DNA from: Octopus vulgaris | Taxonomy: Eukaryota | Assembly: GCA_951406725.2 (NCBI GenBank) | Contig: OX597821.1 | Span: forward strand, 41,602,001 to 41,666,000 | Length of the DNA: 64,000 nt | Direction of reading: 5' to 3' | Shown: one piece after another, positions 12,134 through 24,486 of the stretch | How positions within the stretch are numbered: position 1 is the stretch's first letter | How the letters are laid out: every line of letters starts with the position of its first letter | Notes under the pieces: model-generated | What the model was told of the DNA's origin: nothing | What the model saw: the letters and a program-made list of their open reading frames with translations, nothing else | Database searches by the model: none | Translations under genes and position numbers: made by a program

Positions 12134-13339
12134 ACCAGACCTGCATTTCGTTGTGCCGACATCGATCGTGGCAGTTTGTTTGCAGATAGGAGAAGAGTGT
12201 AAAGCCTGATATGAGTGGGTCCTTGCACATGTCAATGATACACCTGTAGGATTATGCTACTCAATGAATCATAGTTTTCTCCAATCCCACAAAGTCCTCA
12301 AGGACAAGTACTAGCAATCAAGGAGAGATGAGGAAGTGAAAGGATCTTCCACCCACCAGGAGGCTTCTGGTGGTAGGGAGAGTGTAATTACACCTTAACT
12401 CTCTCTCTCTCTTAATCTTTCTCTCTTTCTCTCTGTCTACCTATTTGTCTATCCATCTATCCCTTGTTATACACACACACGCACACACATATATGAAATA
12501 CACACAAAAACACAAATGTACAAATATATATTCATATATATATGGATAGATGGCTGGATGGATATATTAAACGTAGGTGTGGCTTAGTGGTAAGACGTTT
12601 GCTTCCCACCTACATACATATATACATACATACATACAAACATACATACATACATAATTATCATTTGTATCTATGCTTAATAGGTGCATTATGTTATGTA
12701 CTAACAAATTTGCACAAAAACCTAGAAATACTCAGTTTCACAGAAAAAAAGCAAAAGAAACAGATGCGGATTCTCCGAATCCAATCTAGTGGTGGCACAG
12801 TAAAGATCTGTAAGACATTCCAAATATTTTCCATGTGAGATTCTTACGTGAACAGATGCACACACTTTGGTGTATACCTCCACAATTCAACCAACAGACC
12901 AACTCAATCACAAATTTACAAATGCCAGGAACTCTCTTAACTAAAAAGTATTGTCGCTTTGTTAGCGACTATCTTGAACGCTCTCAAAAACTTAAATTAA
13001 GCTCAAAGAAAAATCCTGCAAAAAGCAAGAAATGTAACAGCAATAAGAGCCAATGAAGACCAAAAGAGATCCAAGACTGTAAACCTGTAAACCAGACCTG
13101 CATTTCGTTGTGCCGACATCGATCGTGGCAGTTTGTTTGCAGATATAAGAAGAGTGTAAAGCCTGATGGGAGTGGGTCCTTACACATGACAATTATACGC
13201 CTGTAGGTATATGCTACTCAATGAATTATAGTTTCCTCCAATCCCACAAAGTCCTCAAGGACAAGTACTAGCAATCAAGGAGAGATGAGGAAGGGAAGGG
13301 ATCTTCCACCCACCAGGAGGCTTCTGGTGGTAACGAGAG
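12134..13339 (+). repeat. ~250-bp direct repeat pair (12134-12381 and 13091-13339)
   Basis: ACCAGACCTGCATTTCGTTGTGCCGACATCG...GGAGGCTTCTGGTGGTA occurs twice with few substitutions. Confidence 0.9.
12660..12838 (+). pseudogene. R4/Dong-like non-LTR element, restriction-like endonuclease C-terminus fragment
   Basis: LIGALCYVLTNLHKNLEILSF...ILRIQSSGGTVKICKTFQIFSM*; homologous to 17039-17196. Confidence 0.6.
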
Positions 13340-13808
13340 GAAAAGACCCCGCATTGAAATACCAAACTGTCTTTTTTACTTCCTGCTTTCTAAAACAAAC
13401 AAATATAGGACTTGGTTATTTTCTCACCTTCTCTTTATAAAAGAGATTTCAAATTTATGTTTTTCATTATGAAAATACGTGGAATAAACTATATAAATTT
13501 TCAGTTCATCCGATTGATCTAAAACTATAATTATAACATAATACAACATGAGAGCAGCAACTGTCAAAGTTAATGTGATGTGGGGTTATCGATTAAATGG
13601 TCAATAATTTATATTCCATCACTGCTTTGCCTTGTTCAAGATATTCAGCTCTTAAATGACCGTCAGTGGGTACTAAATATGTAATATAAAATGGGTGATT
13701 CTAACTATCAACGTAACTAGCAAACTATCAGAGCCAGCGAAAGTACTGCAACCAGTACCGTAACCAGCGAAATTATTTTGTTCTCATGCAGTGAAGAGTT
13801 CAACTATT

Positions 13809-14190
13809 CTTTTCTACTCTAAGCACACGGCCTGAAATTTGGGGGGAGGAGGCAGTCGATTAGCCCGACCCCACTACGCAGCTGGTACTTAATTTATCGA
13901 CCCCGAAAGAATGAAAGGCAAAGTCGACAACGGGGGAATTTGAACTCAGAATGTAAAGACAGACGAAATACCTATTTCTTTACTACACACAGAGGGGACA
14001 AACAAGGACAGACAAACGGATTAAGTCGAATATATCCACTCCAGTACGTAACTGGTACTTATTTAATTGACCCTGGAAGGATGAAAGGCAAAGTCGACCT
14101 CGGCCGAATTTGAACTTAGTACGTAACGGCAGACGAAATACGGCTACGCATTTCGCCCGGCGTGCTAACGTTTCTGCCAGCTCGCCGCCT
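13809..14190 (-). mobile_element. SINE family B, dimeric
   Basis: Reverse-complement match to 9252-9667; TSD TGAA(G/A)AGTTCA(A/C)CTATT at 13792-13808 and 14191-14207. Confidence 0.88.
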
Positions 14191-15754
14191 TGAAAAGTTC
14201 ACCTATTATAACAAATCTTGCTTGGAATGGGGTCGGGACTAATCGTCTGACTTTACCCATGGTTAAGGGTTTAACATGCAATACTGTTAAGATAAGAAGA
14301 AGCAACACTCATACTTGTATGACCAGAATGATTTTGAATTTTTTGTTGTATCATTTCGACCCATTAAGAGCTATTTCTGATCTGATTCTAGCAGAGCTGA
14401 CAAACTTAATTATCTATAATAGATATTGATTTCATTAATAATTAATTAAATCGCTAACTGAAGTGTATCTGACAGATTTGACTGATTAAATATTTGATTG
14501 AGTATGACTCAGACTTACTCAACTGAACAATTTATTGATAGATCAATTTTAACATTAGCACGCTTTTTTGCCATTATTCCAGGTATTTTTCTGGTTCAGC
14601 GATCTTTCGGAGTTTTTTAATTGTCTAATACCCTAAAATCTCTAATTTGTAACTTTAATATTGCTTTCCAATAAAATAAATATGAACTTTTGGCCTTAAG
14701 TTGATTATTTCTCGCCATATGTTGGATTATCGCAGTAACACATTAATAAATTAACTGCGTTGCAATCACCGTACCATTATCACAGAAAATAGTTACTCAA
14801 GCATTTTCTAATTCCCGTCTAATATTAAAGAAAATAATTAGTTTTAATCCATTAATACAGCAACTACTTTGGGTACTGGAGAGAAGAAAATTTCTGCTTC
14901 CATAAATTGATGCTGTTAACCTTTTAGTTATGTTTTAGCAACAACGAGGGTTACTGGTAGGTGTTTTACACTCCATGTCTAACTTAAAGAGACGTAATTA
15001 GTTTTGATCTGTTAATTAATTATTCTGCATAATTCTCTATTTGTAGGTGGAGGGGTGCAATTTCAGTTTTCAGTTTGTAAGCTTCCTTCGTATTAAACCT
15101 TTATTAGAGAGATAGAGATCTTGTATAATTGCTTCTTAACAAAATGGACAAGATTCTTCAATTAAATATTGTATTTTTCTTTAAAATTCTCATCTTTTTA
15201 ACACGGCTTGTTAAAATTTATTCCCTTTATTTTATAATATTTTATTTTCACGCCATTTCAATTAACCCAAACTTCCAAAACTAATGTATCGCAAGACTTT
15301 TGCGCCCAAAGAGTTTCGAATTTCGCGTAAATCTGTCAAATCATATTTATTTTGATATTTTGATATTCTGAAATTTGAAGCTGTGAGTGTTTCTAATGCT
15401 TTAAAGTATTAAATCTTTAGAACAAAAATTGCTTTGGCTATTAGCTTCTTTCTTAATCTAATAGGGAACGTTCGAAAATATAATCCTTTGGTTATAAATT
15501 AGATTCCATGAGAGGAAATGAATATCAGCAACAGAATATCACCTTGATGACTATTGCAGACGATATGGAAATGGTAATTTTATGTGACTGTGTGTAAGTG
15601 ACCAAACGTTTGCAGAAAAACACATAATTAATACAGACACATATCAGATGGAAACAAATAGAAACTAACAGATCGTTCTATAATGTGCTATAAACACATT
15701 ATAAACGATTAATATGTGTGTGTGTGAGAGAGGTGTGAAAATGTGTATGTATTT

Positions 15755-16170
15755 ATTTCTTCAGTGCCCACAGGGAGCTACACGCAGAGAGGACAAACAA
15801 GGACAGACAAACGGATTAAGTCGATTATATCGACCTCAGTGCGTAACTGGTACTTATTTCATCGACCCCGAAAGAATGAAAGGCAAAGTCGACCTCGGCG
15901 GAATTTGAACTCAGAACGCAACGGCAGGCGAAATACCTATTTCTTTACTACCCACAAGGGGATAAACACAGAGGGGATAAACAAGGACAGACAAACGGAT
16001 TAAGTCGATTACATCAACCCCAGTACGTACTTGGTACTTAATTTATCGACCCCGAAAGGATGAAAGGCAAAGTCGACCTCGGCGGAATTTGAACTCAGAA
16101 CGTAACGGCAGACGAAATACGGCTACGCATTTCGCACGGCGTGCTAACGATTCTGCCAGCTCGCCGCCTT
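15755..16170 (-). mobile_element. SINE family B, dimeric
   Basis: Reverse-complement match to family B; flanked by TATGTATT repeats. Confidence 0.88.
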
Positions 16171-16694
16171 ATGTATGTATTACATTTTGAGAAGAAGAAA
16201 TAGCAGTGACTTCCAAGTTTTGATCTTTGTCAGACTGTCTAATAATCCACCAAGTGCTAGCAGGACGAAACTTCGACGCCACCGTCACTCGTCTTCTTGT
16301 AAAAGAATAATAAACATTTACTCTTCATTCAGTAATTTTCCAATTTAGTATTGAATTATTTTTATTATCCGACATAAAAATCAAAAGTCAATATGTGGAA
16401 TTCTTTCTCGAAATTGCTTCATGAAGTGCATATAAAAGCTGTGAATAACAGCATGTAAATAATGGTCTGAAAACCCTTTTCGAAAGGAGAATCCTAAGGC
16501 TGCCTTCGACTTATTTCTATCCAAAAGAGTTTTTCAACCCAATATTGGTTTCAAATTTTGGCACGAGGCCAGCACATAACGCTATCATTTATAGCTTAAT
16601 GTGTTCTTTGAGAACCAATTCCAAGAAAGAATTACTCTACATTCTCTCAAAAGTATATAAAATTTTATGTCACTTACGTCAACAAGAATTTATG

Positions 16695-16771
<77 letters not shown>

Positions 16772-16959
16772 ATTATTCATTTATTTCAAGAAATCTTGCC
16801 AATAGAGAAAAAACTGGTTTCGAACCTAGATCCAAGGTTCCTTCATTGAAATTTCAATATCAACAACAGGGTATTTTTGTTTGTATGCATGCATGCATGC
16901 ATGTATGTATGTATGTATGTATGTATGTATGTATGTATGTATGTATGTATGTATGTATG

Positions 16960-17196
16960 TATGTTTGTGCAGATGTGTATGTTTTATGTATGTATTCTCA
17001 TGCATATAGTTGCATATCAAGACATGGCTCATATATATTTAAATGATAAACTTCTGGAAAATTTTGTAGATTTTTACAGTTCCACTGATTGATTGGATCT
17101 GTAGTCTTCGAATTAGCTTTCTCCTTTCTTGTTTTGAGAAGCCTAATTTCTCAAGATTGGTACTTAGGCAGTGTGTTACATATCCCAAGGCCCCAA
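16960..17196 (-). pseudogene. R4/Dong-like non-LTR element 3' end inside (CATA)n
   Basis: IGALGYVTHCLSTNLEKLGFSKQERRKLIRRLQIQSISGTVKIYKIFQKFII* then a short 3' UTR; (TACA)n at both junctions. Confidence 0.65.
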
Positions 17197-17240
17197 TGTA
17201 TGTATGTATTTTTTGTATGTATGTTTTAATCAAGATACTT

Positions 17241-17328
17241 TTAGCCTGAAGAGTCGCCTGCGGTATACACTTCGCTTGGATATTTACCGCTTCTGAGATT
17301 CCACTCGCAATGAAACATATGTAACCCG
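17241..17328 (+). ncRNA. Hammerhead-like motif (intact core, decayed stems)
   Basis: CTGAAGA 17246-17252, GAAACATATGTA 17312-17323; same family as 63420-63505 (shared downstream TTATTCGCAT...TAGCAAC). Confidence 0.5.
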
Positions 17329-17593
17329 GATCTTATCCATTTCGTTCTTGAACTTTTGTACTCTTATTCGCATACCTAGCAACCCTGGTCGCCTACCAAG
17401 AAATATAAACAGAGCTTTTTCAGCTTATCGTATTTTCCATACGAAAACATCCACAACTGTTGTCCCTGGAAGTTGTTTTTTATATTTACTACGGACTGCT
17501 TGAAGTTAACTTTCTCCCTATACCTCGATTCTTGGATCTTAACCGCGTCTTTTTTTCCTCCGTCTTCCCTTCTTGGATCTTTCCTTTTCCTAT

Positions 17594-17628
17594 GTTTCTG
17601 ACGAAGAGCTCCGCTCGAAACGTTAAAT
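17594..17628 (+). ncRNA. Minimal type I hammerhead ribozyme motif
   Basis: GTTT-CTGACGA-A-GAGC(TCC)GCTC-GAAA-CGTT-AAAT. Confidence 0.7.
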
Positions 17629-17726
17629 CCTCCTTCTCTCTTTCCTTTCCTGAGCGTCCAATAACACTATACTTGTTCCACGTCCTCGCGTTGTTGTGTT
17701 TTCTCTTTGTGTTTTCATGTTTGGAT

Positions 17727-17769
<43 letters not shown>

Positions 17770-19977
17770 CACTGTTGTGAGAAATAATGATTGCTTTATA
17801 CAGGTACCAGGCCAGAGAATAGAGAGAGGTTGTTAATCGATTAAATCGATCGTCGTCCTTGACCCATGCTTATTTTACTGTACCTGAATCGATGAAAGCT
17901 AAGGTCAGATTTGGTAAAAGATGCGTAGTCCAACCTTCTACCAATTCTACCAAAATACTGTTCCAATCACAGCAAAAATTCTTTCTAAGATTTACAAAAA
18001 GCTGAAACTGCTGGGTTGGAGGACAGCATGGTCCCTAATATCGACCTAGTAATCCTTTTATCGAGCTGGAAAGGATGATTAACAAATTCTGCCAGTACAA
18101 GATTTGTACCTGTAATATAAACAGGCGCAGAGGAGCAGGCATATTCTGGTGTTGCTTTCGCGGATTCCCGTGACTCTCTGTCGCCATCCAAATCCATTAT
18201 TGAATTGGGAGTTTGAATCGAGTGAACCCTTCATTAACTGATTACACAACCGTGGAGGCCACTCCCACGGATCCGTTGCAGTTACTCCCTTGATAGAGTT
18301 TGGTGATCCTGACCATCGATCTTCTAGGATTCCTCCGCTCAGCATCAATGTAAGGAACATCGTTGGCCCAGTTGAGCTCCTCCGCTGCCTCTTCACAATC
18401 CGCCATGCTGCAGTCTCATAACTTCACCGTTTCCCTAGCAGGGTGGCTGAACGGGTGCTGTGCCTCGCCAAAGGGCATCCCGTAGCTATGCAGGTCATCA
18501 CTCCGTGAGGTATTTTCAAATACCGGCATCCTCCCAGGAGGAAGCATAACTGACAGGAAGGGTGTCCAGCCATAGGAAGTCTGTCTTAACGCATTGCTTC
18601 TGACTCTTGCAAATATGGGGGGGGGGGGGGTGAACTGTAAAATGATGACGATGATGACAGTGATATGACAATGATGATAATGGTGGTGGTGGTGGTCGTG
18701 GTCGTCGCCGTCGTCGTGTTGGTGGTGGTAAGGATAACGATGAGGAAGATAAGGAAGATGATGATGAAGATGATGATGATGATGATGATAGTTTGTTAGC
18801 GGAGTCCACGTGTATAGCAATTAAGCTAGGAAGACCAGTTCCGATTTAGGAATTCCTTTCTGTAGCACCATACCACTCCGGCCCTGAATGAGAATACATC
18901 AAGCGTAAGAAGATGATACGATAGGAATGACGCATAGCATTGTGTAGTTCTGTTAATCATTTTGCTATATTAATGGATATTCAGACTCTGAAACTGTATC
19001 AAATGAACTTGAAGCTTGTTGTCAATTCTATTAATATTACATCGAACTTTTAATTGGCAAATCTTAATAATTATGCTTTGAATCAAAATGTTCGGATAAA
19101 AATAAAAATAAATGAAAAAAAAAAAGAAACTTAGAGCAGCAGATACGTTCCAAACTGCTTCCAATATTGTTCGATTGCCGATATTAGAATTGAATGCATG
19201 ACTCTTTAATACGACTTATGGAATGCACTGATTTCGATAATATAATCCCGATCGGTTTTCCCGATGTAATTGCTTCATCAAAGCAGAATTTATCCCTGAT
19301 TACTCGGTGGCTGTAGCAATTCTTGAAATTGGTTCTTTTGTACCTGATCCCCAATGGCATAACCTACAATGTAAAAGCATACGTGGTATGAATACAATTA
19401 TTCTCATGAAAAAGAAAAGCATGAAAATAAACGAATATATATATACATATATATATATAAAAATTCGATTTGGAAGACTTGTGAGATATTGTACAGAATT
19501 ACATGATGCCTTGCACTACAACGGCAATTTTTTTCACCTCGCTCCATCCTGCCCGTCTATCAATTGAATAATTCTTCACAAATTGTTAGCAAAAGTTTGA
19601 TTTTTTTTTTTCTTCTTTTTTTTCAAAGCATGTCAACCTGGGACCGATTACACATACATTGATGGATCACTTGTCTGGGTATTTTTAATTACCGTTCTGT
19701 AAGAAACGTATTCATATTACATATGAATTTTGATAGCAACAGATGTTTTTACCCAACACAAGATAAACAAGCTGTTTAAAAGCTTGTTAAGAATCGACCA
19801 ATATTCGCGCCGCCGCTTCCGCAGTCGCAGCCGCAGTCGGCACCGCCTGCCACCTTCACACAAAGGTAGTGCTTCTTGAGAAAATTATGTTTGCTAATGT
19901 AGGAAAGCAAATTTTGATTCTTTCGGCATATTTACTTCCCATCAGCTTCACTACCGGTACTAATATACATGCATACA

Positions 19978-20039
<62 letters not shown>

Positions 20040-20128
20040 CGTTATCTTCACCATCTCTTTCGTTCAAATTATCGTCTATTACATTTTCAAGACACTGCAT
20101 CTCAAATCGAAAATTGGGTCTCACTAAA

Positions 20129-20183
<55 letters not shown>

Positions 20184-20410
20184 TGCTCTCCTTCTCACTC
20201 TCTCTCTCTCATTATATATATATTCCCTTGTTTCTATTATGAAAAATTGAGCGAAGATAAAATTGATTCGCAAGCAAATAACTTGCACAGAATTTGTATA
20301 TTCATTCTAAGTTTATTATATGCACCATATATATAGATACAGATATAGATATAGATATATATATATACTGCATTTATTGCATATATCATATTTATTATAT
20401 CGTACATGTC

Positions 20411-20443
<33 letters not shown>

Positions 20444-20609
20444 GCGTCTGTATGCATATATGCATGTGTGTGTGTGTGTATGTATGTATGTAATATCAAT
20501 TTTCCATTCAGAGAACACGTTTTTTGATGTCATTTCAGATTATAGTTTCTGCGTAAACTCTTTCTTGTATATCATTACATTTATCAGAGCAATTTTCATA
20601 AATAACGAA

Positions 20610-20612
20610 TTA

Positions 20613-20674
<62 letters not shown>

Positions 20675-21440
20675 TAATAATCATGATCATGATCAAGATG
20701 ATGATCACTACCATCATGGAGGCGGCGGCGGTGTTGGTGGTGGCGTTAGTCTTGTTGTTGTTGGTGGTGGTGTTGGTGGTGGTGGTGGTGGTGGTGGTGG
20801 TGGTGGTGTGGTGGTGGTGGTGGTGGTGGCGGCGGCGGTGATGTTTGTGATGGTGATAGTAGTGATGACGATAATGATGAGGAGGACGATGACGACAACG
20901 ATGATGGGGGGCGGTGTTGTTGGTGGTGGTGGTGTTGTTGGTGGTGGTGATGGTGGTGGTGGTGGCGGTGGTGTTGGTAGTGATGGTGGTGGTGGTGGTG
21001 GTGGTGGTGGTGGTGGTGGTGGTGGTGGTGGTGGTGGTGGTGATAGTAGTGATGACGATAATGATGAGGAGGACCTTGACGACAACGATGATGGGGGCGG
21101 TGTTGTTGTTGGTGGTGATGGTGGTGGTGGTGATGGTGGTGGTGGTGGCGGTGGTGTTGGTAGTGATGGTGGTGGTGGTGGTAGTGATGGTGGTAGTGGT
21201 GGTGGTGGTGGTGGTGGTGGTGGTGATGGTGAAGGCGGCGGCGGCGGCGGTGTTTGTAGTGATGGTGGTGGTGGTGGTGGTGGTGTTGGTGGTGGCTGGG
21301 ATTATTTTGCTGTTACTGCTGCAGATGATGATGAAAATGATGACGATGATGGTGATGATGATGATGATGATGAAGGAGAAGAAGAAGAAGAAGAAGAAGA
21401 AGAAGAAGAAGAAGAAGAAGAAGAAGAAGATGATGATGAT
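20610..21440. repeat. Compound trinucleotide microsatellite (AAT/GGT/GAT/GAA)
   Basis: Source of the 371-aa poly-N/G/D/E ORF. Confidence 0.95.
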
Positions 21441-21758
21441 GGCAATGGGAAGGGAAGCGTGGGAGAGGAGAAAAAATACAGGTTCTTAGTTTTCTTCCGG
21501 CACGCATCACTCGTCTGTTGATTGTGGTAACTTACTTTCCAATCCAAGAGATATTAGTTTTACTATAGCCAAGGGGGAAGAAAGGGGTCTTTCAATTTAG
21601 CAACCCAATTTCAAAGTTATTAGTGTTAATTTATCAGAGAAGAGTATCTTCTTCTAAAGAACCAATGACAGAAGAACTGTTGATGAAGAAAATATGATGG
21701 AGGAGGCTGGAATGGAAGAATCGGTCTTTCGAATAGTTTTGTCTCCATATTGCATGAT

Positions 21759-22250
21759 GGATGCGTGGCTGTGTGGTTAGAACTTTGCTTCCCAGTCATA
21801 TGGATCTGGGTTCAGTCCCACTGTGTGACACCTTGGGCAAGTGTCCTCTGCTATAGCCTCGGCCCGACCAAAGTCTCGTCAGTGGATTTGGTACTTGGAA
21901 GCTGAAAGAGGCTTGTCATGTTTATATATATATATATATATATGTGTGTGGGTGTGTTTGGTATGTATGTGTATGTATGTGACTGTGTGAGAGTGTGTGT
22001 GTGTGGTGTGTGTGTCTGTGGTGTGTGTGGTGTGTGTATGTATGTTTGTCCCCACCCCTGATGCTTAACAACCGGTGGTGGCATGCTTACGTTCCAGTAA
22101 CTTAGCGGTTCGGCAAAAGAGACTAGTGGAATAAGTACCATGCTTTAAAAAAAATGCTTAGTACCGGGGTCGATTCGTTAGACTAGAATTCGTCAATGCA
22201 GGACTCCAGTATGGCCGTAGTCTAATGCGTGAAACAAAATATAAAAGAAT
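21759..22250 (+). mobile_element. SINE family A, diverged full length
   Basis: Head, CCTTGGGCAAGTG, (TG)n and tail all present. Confidence 0.8.
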
Positions 22251-22352
22251 AAAGACGAAGGAAGGACGTTCCCGAATAAAGCAATATTTAAACAGCTAAA
22301 CCAGAGAATGTAGAATTTGCTAGATATAGTTGCCACTCTGGGGTAAATATTA

Positions 22353-22512
22353 GGTGTAGGCATGGCAGTGTGGTTAAGCAGTTTGCTTCCTAACCATATG
22401 GTCTCGGGTTCAGTCCTACTATATGACATATTAGGCTAGTGTCTTCTACCAACGTCTCAGACTGACTGCGGTCTTGTGAGTGGATTTTGAGATGGAAGCT
22501 AAAAGAATCCTG
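22353..22512 (+). mobile_element. SINE family A, 5' half
   Basis: Diverged head and CORE-like part. Confidence 0.7.
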
Positions 22513-22559
22513 TATTATATGAATAAATGTTTCTGTGTGTGTGTTAATCAATTTATGCG

Positions 22560-23460
22560 GAATTATTGAGCCTTTACAGCCGACCTTGCCAATCGGTTTC
22601 GCATCAGATGTTGAATAACCGAGCATCTAATACGTTCCCTTCAGGGGAGGCTGGTATGGAATAAATATGGCGACTGCTCTCAGTTACTGAAGAGGGGGAA
22701 GCATGAAATTGTCACATCCGTTGCTATAGTTAAAACGAAACGGAAGACAACTGAGAGAAAGATGAATCAAATATTATGTCCTTTGCTCCATCGCACCAAA
22801 ACCTCGAGTGGGCTTTTTGATACAGCAAGAGTCTGCTAGATGAATATATGTGTAGGAGTGTTAAAGGGGTTACTAGTTGTATAAAGGATGTTTGGAAGGG
22901 GAATTGGTCGGGGGTCTGAACCTTTATAATCCCATGTTTGGGTGAATTTGCATATGTGTATGTTTTGATCAAAACTTTACTGGTGCTTCAGAATCTAATG
23001 GCGGGAAGACCGATTGTGCATATCCTAACGTTTATAGTCGGGGTGGGGTGGGGGGCTGGTAGGTAAGTCAAAATGTACCTTTACCCGTGTAAGCACAGGT
23101 TGAAAATCACTTTTATGCAGTTTGGGAAGATGTTCGAGTGTAGATAAATTTTAACATAATTCTTTTCTCGGCTAGTCATTGCAGGCATTTTCTACTACCA
23201 TTAAAAATAAGGTTTGTACTCCTCCAAGATTTTCTATTTGATACAATCCATAGCGCATTCCATCAACGACCAGACATGCCTAGCCAGGGCTCTGACATTG
23301 CGTCTCTCGCTGATATTAAAGGATGCTGTTGGATCTGGTTCTGAAACGACCTTCCCTTGTGACCACATAGTTCTGCAGAATTATATTACCTATTTACAGA
23401 CAATTGTACTGAGTAGAACACAACCTGAATTACAGAATAAGAACCTCTCTGAAACAACTG
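22560..23460 (-). mobile_element. Penelope-like element 3' remnant (Naiad-like GIY-YIG C-terminus plus pLTR with decayed HHR)
   Basis: Manual minus-strand translation across frameshifts: NYVVTREGRFRTRSN / TASFNISERRNVRALARHVWSLME...IK*KILEEYKPYF / NGSRKCLQ*LAEKRIML; downstream CTGAAGG, stem GTATTAGATG/CATCTGATGC, GAAACCG at ~22580-22650. Confidence 0.7.
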
Positions 23461-23659
23461 TGTTTTATTGTCTTAACTATAGACATGCGCGCGCACACAC
23501 ACACACACATGCACACACACATATATAGAGACAAACAGAGACAGAGATACATATACACACACACACATATAGAGACAGACAGACAGAGACAAAGATACAT
23601 ATACACACACATATATATATGCATACATACATACGTAGATATATGTATGTACACATACA

Positions 23660-23735
<76 letters not shown>

Positions 23736-23817
23736 CATATATATATACATACATACATACAAACACATATCTCTGTGAGTGTGTGTATATTTATAATCAT
23801 CATTATCATTATACGCC

Positions 23818-24057
23818 ATATGCCTGTGGTGTAGTGGTTAAGAGCACGGGCTACTAATCCCAAAATTCCAAGTTCGATTCCAGGCAGTGATCTGAATAAT
23901 AATAACAACAACAGCATCGAAAAATACCCTAGGAATGAGAACCCAGGTTCGAAATTTCCCCAAGACACCTGATGAAGGCTGGAGGGTAATCAGCCAAAAC
24001 GTTCTGCTAACAACAAACAAGATGAGGACAAATATCCATCAAATGTAAATAATGTAA
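23818..24057 (+). mobile_element. Family E (tRNA head + HHR) copy with mutated HHR core
   Basis: Same sequence as 8365-8609; CTGATGA at 23969-23975 but GAAA changed to AAAA. Confidence 0.85.
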
Positions 24058-24059
24058 TA

Positions 24060-24486
24060 TTTTTTTCATTTTAGTTTTTTTTACCCTTTTCTGGCTCTAA
24101 AGGCTTTTAAAAACCTAAAAAGGGGCCAACACTTTGAATTCAACCTTTTTTTAGGTCTTTTAAAAGTTAAGACTACAAAATTAGCGTTTTTTAACTCGAA
24201 AGCAAAAAAAATATATATATATAGTTTTGGGGTTCAAAAGCCCTTAAAAGGACCCAAAATGGCCGATTTTATAGTTTTGACACTATTTAAAGGTGTTTTA
24301 GATGGGTTTTGGAGCAAAAACTGATTTTTTGTTATTTTCTATAATAAAAATGAACGTTGATAGTCTATTGATAACTTCTGTTACATTTTTAAAGAATTAT
24401 TTGATTAATGGTTATCAAAGTTACTTTTTGGTTAATGGATTAATGGTTAATGAAGTTAACTTTTCGATTAACGGTCCCCACCTTTG
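24060..24486 (-). mobile_element. Probable non-autonomous DNA transposon end (hAT-like)
   Basis: Terminus reads CAAAGGTGGGGACCGTTAATCGAAAAGTTAAC on minus strand with subterminal GTTAA repeats; partner TIR not found. Confidence 0.4.

Noticed and set aside
20406-21521. 371-aa ORF, the longest in the track
   Set aside because: Entirely compound trinucleotide microsatellite, with overlapping ORFs in other frames and on the other strand, and no domain.
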